In this document: positions 59,662 to 64,000 of the stretch, in pieces
Layout: each line of letters starts with the position of its first letter
How positions within the stretch are numbered: position 1 is the first letter of the stretch
Assembly (NCBI GenBank): GCA_963701665.1
Contig: OY969622.1
Span: 224,001 to 288,000 of the forward strand
Origin: Candidatus Babeliales bacterium
GTDB taxonomy: Bacteria; Babelota; Babeliae; Babelales; JANWKD01
Reading direction: 5' to 3'
DNA length: 64,000 nucleotides
Translations under genes and position numbers: made by a program
The notes under the pieces: model-generated
Databases searched by the model: none
What the model was told of the DNA's origin: nothing
The model's input: the letters and a program-made list of their open reading frames with translations, nothing else

Positions 59662-60839
59662 TGTAGAAGTTCATAATTTCGGTGAATAAAAAGATACCCA
59701 CAAAGGGAAATCAGAGTTAGAATTAAATATGCAAATATTAACAATTTTAACAGGAGTTCCTTTTATGGGTATAAATACATCGTATCGTACTTTAGCAAGC
59801 AATTCAATTAAATATATGCTAAAATATGTGGAAGAATACGAACTTGTTAAGTCAAAAAAACACCCTCAATTTAAGCGTGTTCGAGAATTTTTTGAAGCCA
59901 GAGAACTCTGTTTTCAGAATTTTTATAAGCTTTACAGACGCTACAAAGCTGCTCAGGAAATTCCCGAACTTTTGTTGCCTATAAGACGCGGTCCCAAGCC
60001 TAAGTTTGAAGAAATGCCGCTTGCAGATGATAGTCTTGTAAAACAAATTTTAGAGTATCGGAAATCAGGTTTAAATAGGTATGTTATTGCCGCAGCCCTC
60101 AAAAAAAATCCCTTGATTAAAAAGGGTTGTTCTGCAAGTTCAGTATATCGAACATTACGAAAATATGGCGTTTCTAAGTTAACTAAACGAGTACAAGAGG
60201 AAAAAAGAAAGATCGTGAGAACATTCGCAGGGTCATTAGCCCATATAGATTGCCATTACTTACCTAAAGAAATTGTGCAATCTGAACCTAAAAAGAAATA
60301 TTTTGTGCTGGGAGTTATTGATGACTTCTCTAGAATAGTTTGGGTTGAAGTAATTGAATCTCTCAAAGCAATAGATGTGACTTTTGCTATGATGGATATC
60401 ATTTTGCATATGAACCAACGATACGGTATCACATTTGATGAAGCTTTAACTGATAATGGTGCTGAATTTTGTTCAGGTCCAGAAAGATTAAAAAATCATC
60501 CTTTTGAAAGATTGCTACTTCATTTTGCTATTAAGCACCGAAGAACCCTCCCTTATAAGCCTCAAACAAATGGAAAAATTGAGAGATTTTGGCGTTCTTT
60601 TGATGATGAAGTTATTGAAGGATCTATATTTAACACAATTGATGAACTAAAAGATGCTGTTCTTGGCTATAATTTCTATCATAATGAACATCGGCCCCAT
60701 CAAGGTTTGGATGGTAAAATTCCATCAGCTTTGTTGAAGGAATCGAGCACACCCGTTTAAGGGAATTAAAAAATTTTCAATTTAACTCTGCTTGTCTCTT
60801 TGTGCCAAAAATTATTCACCGAAACTCTGAACACATACA
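59662..60839 (+). mobile_element. IS481-family insertion sequence (1178 bp)
   Basis: TGT...ACA ends, 28-bp IR (23/28 match), 5-bp target duplication ATTGC (59657-59661 and 60840-60844). Confidence 0.9.
59729..60760 (+). CDS. IS481-family transposase (rve integrase core)
   Basis: HIDCHY, IDDFSR, TDNGAEF, PQTNGKIERF, N..RPHQGL.G..P; no frameshift. Confidence 0.9.
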   Translation: MQILTILTGVPFMGINTSYRTLASNSIKYMLKYVEEYELVKSKKHPQFKRVREFFEARELCFQNFYKLYRRYKAAQEIPELLLPIRRGPKPKFEEMPLADDSLVKQILEYRKSGLNRYVIAAALKKNPLIKKGCSASSVYRTLRKYGVSKLTKRVQEEKRKIVRTFAGSLAHIDCHYLPKEIVQSEPKKKYFVLGVIDDFSRIVWVEVIESLKAIDVTFAMMDIILHMNQRYGITFDEALTDNGAEFCSGPERLKNHPFERLLLHFAIKHRRTLPYKPQTNGKIERFWRSFDDEVIEGSIFNTIDELKDAVLGYNFYHNEHRPHQGLDGKIPSALLKESSTPV

Positions 60840-61086
60840 ATTGCGAGCCACGTATGTGACGTGGCAACCCAGCTTATAAAATTAGTTCCTTTAAAGGAAT
60901 TATTAAAGTTCTGGGTCACCACGTCACTATGTTCCTCGTGATGACACTTTTGTTTAAAATGTTCATTTTTCCGATCGTTACTCTTTAGAATTTTTTGGAT
61001 AAGTTATTAAAAAACGCACGTTTTCCAAACTAGACATTTGTGCGGGTGAATTGTATCTTTAGCTCAACTTTTTTAAAGGAGAGTAT

Positions 61087-62019
61087 ATGGAACATATCAC
61101 CTGCATTTTTTGTCCTCGCGATGCTTCATCCATCATGATTGAAGAAGATGGCTATCAAGGAAAAAAATGCCATGAATGTTCATTAATTTATATTTCCCCT
61201 CGTCCAATGATCGATGAAGTTATCGATATATATGGGCACAACAATGCTCATATTTCTGCACAATCCCATATTGATGGTAGTTATTTAAAACGTTTATACG
61301 CGCGTCACAGTCTGCGTATTTTAAAAAAATTCATAAAAAATGGTGCTCTACTTGAAATCGGATCGGGTGCTGGGTATTTCCTTGATGAAGCACGTAAGGC
61401 TGGTTTTGATCCCCATGGCATTGAATTAAATCCCGAACAAGCTCGTTTCATGCAAGAAACATTGCATATCCCCTGTGAACAAAAACCACTATCAGCACAT
61501 TCGTTTTCTGCTCAAACGTTCGATGTAATTTTTCATAGCGATGTTATTAGCCACTTTCATAATCCTATCAAAGAGTTTCATACTATGCATGCTCTCTTGC
61601 GTGACAATGGTTATCTTATATTTGAAACAGGTAATATTGGCGATGTGGCTACGAGCTATTATTCATTATTTTCTAGTTTTCAATATCCCGATCATCTTTT
61701 TTTCTTTAGTGAAAAAACATTACGATTACTTCTTGAAAAAACCGGTTTTGAGCTTGTGGCCTATCATGCATATTCTATTGTGCCACAATTATATTTCATG
61801 AGATGGTTGAAAAGAACCGTGCTATCATCGCAAGAAAGTCGCGTTTTATATGCAAGAAACTCGCAAAACTCTAAGAAAACAATAAAATCCTTTCTCATTG
61901 CGTATGCAAAGCAGCTCTATTATTACTTTATGTATATCCTTCGCTATCGCGTTGGTTCTTGGTTTGTAAAATCAGAGTGTCCACAAACCGTACTTATTGT
62001 TGCGCGAAAAAAAGCATAA
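61087..62019 (+). CDS. Class I SAM-dependent methyltransferase
   Basis: N-terminal CxxC pairs, LLEIGSGAG, FDVI...VISH..NP, P.HL.FFS. Confidence 0.82.
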   Translation: MEHITCIFCPRDASSIMIEEDGYQGKKCHECSLIYISPRPMIDEVIDIYGHNNAHISAQSHIDGSYLKRLYARHSLRILKKFIKNGALLEIGSGAGYFLDEARKAGFDPHGIELNPEQARFMQETLHIPCEQKPLSAHSFSAQTFDVIFHSDVISHFHNPIKEFHTMHALLRDNGYLIFETGNIGDVATSYYSLFSSFQYPDHLFFFSEKTLRLLLEKTGFELVAYHAYSIVPQLYFMRWLKRTVLSSQESRVLYARNSQNSKKTIKSFLIAYAKQLYYYFMYILRYRVGSWFVKSECPQTVLIVARKKA

Positions 62020-62162
62020 TCGTGCAATTTTTCATTAATCTCAAATGATAACTGATTGAAATGCTTTTTAGTGTCATTTTGCAAATAGTTACAAAAATGC
62101 ATTCATGTGACTGAGATAAAAACGGTTGCTTTTTGCTTCATGTCTAGGACAGACTTAAAAAG

Positions 62163-63206
62163 ATGAGTCATTTAAAACTCATCATGAATTGTGAAAGTAA
62201 TTTGATAGTAGTGAAAGAAACAGGCATGCATTCAGGAGAAAATAAGACTGTTGCGCAACAGATCTCTCGATGGGGCAATGCAGCTTCGATTGCGTTACTA
62301 GATCCTTCGTGTAATATTTTTAGTGTTCCGCATCTTGAAGGAATTATCGGGTATCGTATAGCATCACAATATGCCATAGTTTTTGGTGATCCAGTCTGTG
62401 AACAAAAAGTTATTAAAGACCTTCTCTCTTCATTTCATGAACATTGTGCACTTCATAAAAAAAAAATAATTTACATTTGTACGAGTGAGCAATTTGCACA
62501 ATTATCATTGAACAATTTTTGTAAAGCTGCCATTGAATTTGGATCAGAAGTTGTTTTAAATCCTATGCTTGATCCTATGCAAAAGACCGGCAAGAAAGCC
62601 TCCCTTTTACGTAATAAGTATAATCAAGCTATGCGTGATGGGATTATTGTTGAAGAATACAGTCAATATGACGAACATATCGAAGAAGAAATGCAAAAAA
62701 TTCGTGAATCGTGGCTTAACAATAGAAAAGGGCCACAGTTATGTTTGTTGCAAATAGATATATTTCGTGAACGAGCGCATAAGCGGTATTTTTATGCCCA
62801 TTATAAAGGAAGAATAATTGGCTTGCTCATGCTTAATCGCATTGATGCGCATCATGGATGGGTGCTCAATATTTTAATGGTGTCTCCCGATGCACCGACC
62901 GTTACCTCAGAATTTCTTATTATCAATACGCTTGCGAAGTTGCGCGAAGAATCTTGTCATTTTTTTTCAGTGGGTACGTTACCAGCAACTAGTCTTGGCA
63001 AATTCGAGGGTCTGGGCAAATTTTCTCAATGGTGTACGCGCGGCCTTTATAGAACTGCTAAAAAAATTTTTCGTCTTGAAGATAGGCAACGTTATTGGAA
63101 AAAATTTTATCCAGAAGCGCGTCCCGTTTATATCGTATTCAGTCAGTCTGGCGTTAAATTGACTGAAGCATACGGTATTATTCGCGCTTTAAGTGCTAAG
63201 CTCTGA
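62163..63206 (+). CDS. Aminoacyl-phosphatidylglycerol synthase domain protein (MprF C-terminal/DUF2156-like)
   Basis: GY...AIVFGDPV, G.E..L, G.K...LR...N, PDAP...EFL, ..KF.P. Confidence 0.75.
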   Translation: MSHLKLIMNCESNLIVVKETGMHSGENKTVAQQISRWGNAASIALLDPSCNIFSVPHLEGIIGYRIASQYAIVFGDPVCEQKVIKDLLSSFHEHCALHKKKIIYICTSEQFAQLSLNNFCKAAIEFGSEVVLNPMLDPMQKTGKKASLLRNKYNQAMRDGIIVEEYSQYDEHIEEEMQKIRESWLNNRKGPQLCLLQIDIFRERAHKRYFYAHYKGRIIGLLMLNRIDAHHGWVLNILMVSPDAPTVTSEFLIINTLAKLREESCHFFSVGTLPATSLGKFEGLGKFSQWCTRGLYRTAKKIFRLEDRQRYWKKFYPEARPVYIVFSQSGVKLTEAYGIIRALSAKL

Positions 63207-64000
63207 TTGCGCGTCTATTTCTTCTTGTGCCTGCAATAAATTGCGGATTTTTTTGAACCATTCTAATCTTTCTTCGGGCGTATCCTGAGATAAGGTGTGG
63301 GTTTGATTTTTAGTTAATGCTTTGATTTCTTTTGCGTATTTAACAAAAGCTACTGCCGTTGCTAGATCTTTGCTAGCGGGAATGAGATCAGCTTCTGATT
63401 CGATTGCCTGCTTTATACTGTAAAATTGTATAGGGACCGCTTCTTTGTTGCGCATGCACAGTTTCTTAACATTATACAAAAAAAGACGATGATTTGCGTT
63501 CATATGAAATTTTTCATGTTGTAGTTCTGCTGATTGAGACGATTTTGATAAATTTTTATAATTGAGCCCAAGATACAAATCAAAAACGGATGGCTTCTTC
63601 GTAATAAGAGTAGCTGTATCCTTAAAACGTGCGCGGCAGCAAGTGCCACTTTCTTGAGACCAGTCGATATTTTTGTATTCTTGAAAATACATACTTAACG
63701 TTGTATATTCATCCGCAATTTTTTCTTTGATAGTATATTCGGCTGAAAATAAATCTTTGATAGCTTTTTTGTCTTGCTCAGTGAAATGTGTTTCGGGAGA
63801 AAAATGAATGACAAGCAGTTTTTTTTGATCAATATTTTTATGTAGTGAACTATGGAGATCAATCATCTGTTCTTTTTCTTCATCAGATAAATAGTTGCAT
63901 TGTTTAAGCAAGAGAAGAGCATTCACCACTCTTTTTTCCGTAATCAATACTATTGCTTCTTGAATAGTTAATCCCTGATCATGTAATTCTTGCACCAACG
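63189..64000 (-). CDS. Hypothetical protein (5' end beyond the window), with an HExxH-like motif
   Basis: Frame open to the window edge; LQHEKFH...E.EAD. Confidence 0.65.
   Translation of the reverse strand, partial: LVQELHDQGLTIQEAIVLITEKRVVNALLLLKQCNYLSDEEKEQMIDLHSSLHKNIDQKKLLVIHFSPETHFTEQDKKAIKDLFSAEYTIKEKIADEYTTLSMYFQEYKNIDWSQESGTCCRARFKDTATLITKKPSVFDLYLGLNYKNLSKSSQSAELQHEKFHMNANHRLFLYNVKKLCMRNKEAVPIQFYSIKQAIESEADLIPASKDLATAVAFVKYAKEIKALTKNQTHTLSQDTPEERLEWFKKIRNLLQAQEEIDAQSELST

Larger units (their letters stand above)
59654..60945. repeat. GTCAT...ATGAC palindromic element interrupted by IS481
   Basis: GTCATTGC (59654-59661) continues after the IS as GAGCCACG...CTCGTGATGAC (to 60945). 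Confidence 0.85.

Noticed and set aside
37376..60945. CRISPR array interpretation of the recurring palindromes
   Set aside because: Copies are dispersed over 23 kb, arranged as inverted halves, lack regular unique spacers, and no cas genes are present.

Overview
AT-rich bacterial DNA that looks like an intracellular parasite of protists, most likely Candidatus Dependentiae (TM6/Babelota). This is inferred from an ATP/ADP translocase plus many signal-peptide proteins with eukaryote-like domains (J-domain, WD40, ankyrin, Skp1/BTB-LRR). Housekeeping genes: mgtE, rluD, ftsL-ftsI, class I aldolase, groES-groEL (groEL frameshifted, probably an assembly error), rpe, recD2, an amidase, deaD, tRNA-Glu and tRNA-Lys. 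Mobile DNA: an IS5, an IS481 and a ~4.3 kb serine-recombinase island at the tRNA-Glu 3' end. The island's crossover core lies inside the recombinase gene, so excision would replace the C-terminus WRP* with a 33-aa longer tail. A family of ~100 bp GTCAT...ATGAC palindromic elements is scattered through the right half of the window: one copy encloses a GIY-YIG nuclease gene, one sits in frame in the amidase and one is split by the IS481. Other highlights are a five-gene array of secreted J-domain proteins that progressively lose HPD, two Skp1-like/LRR/TM proteins, a recurrent signal peptide followed by Met-Glu/Asp/Asn in 14 proteins, a paralog array spaced by copies of the groEL terminator, and a structured deaD leader that can mask its RBS. 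All calls were made by eye; no searches were run.
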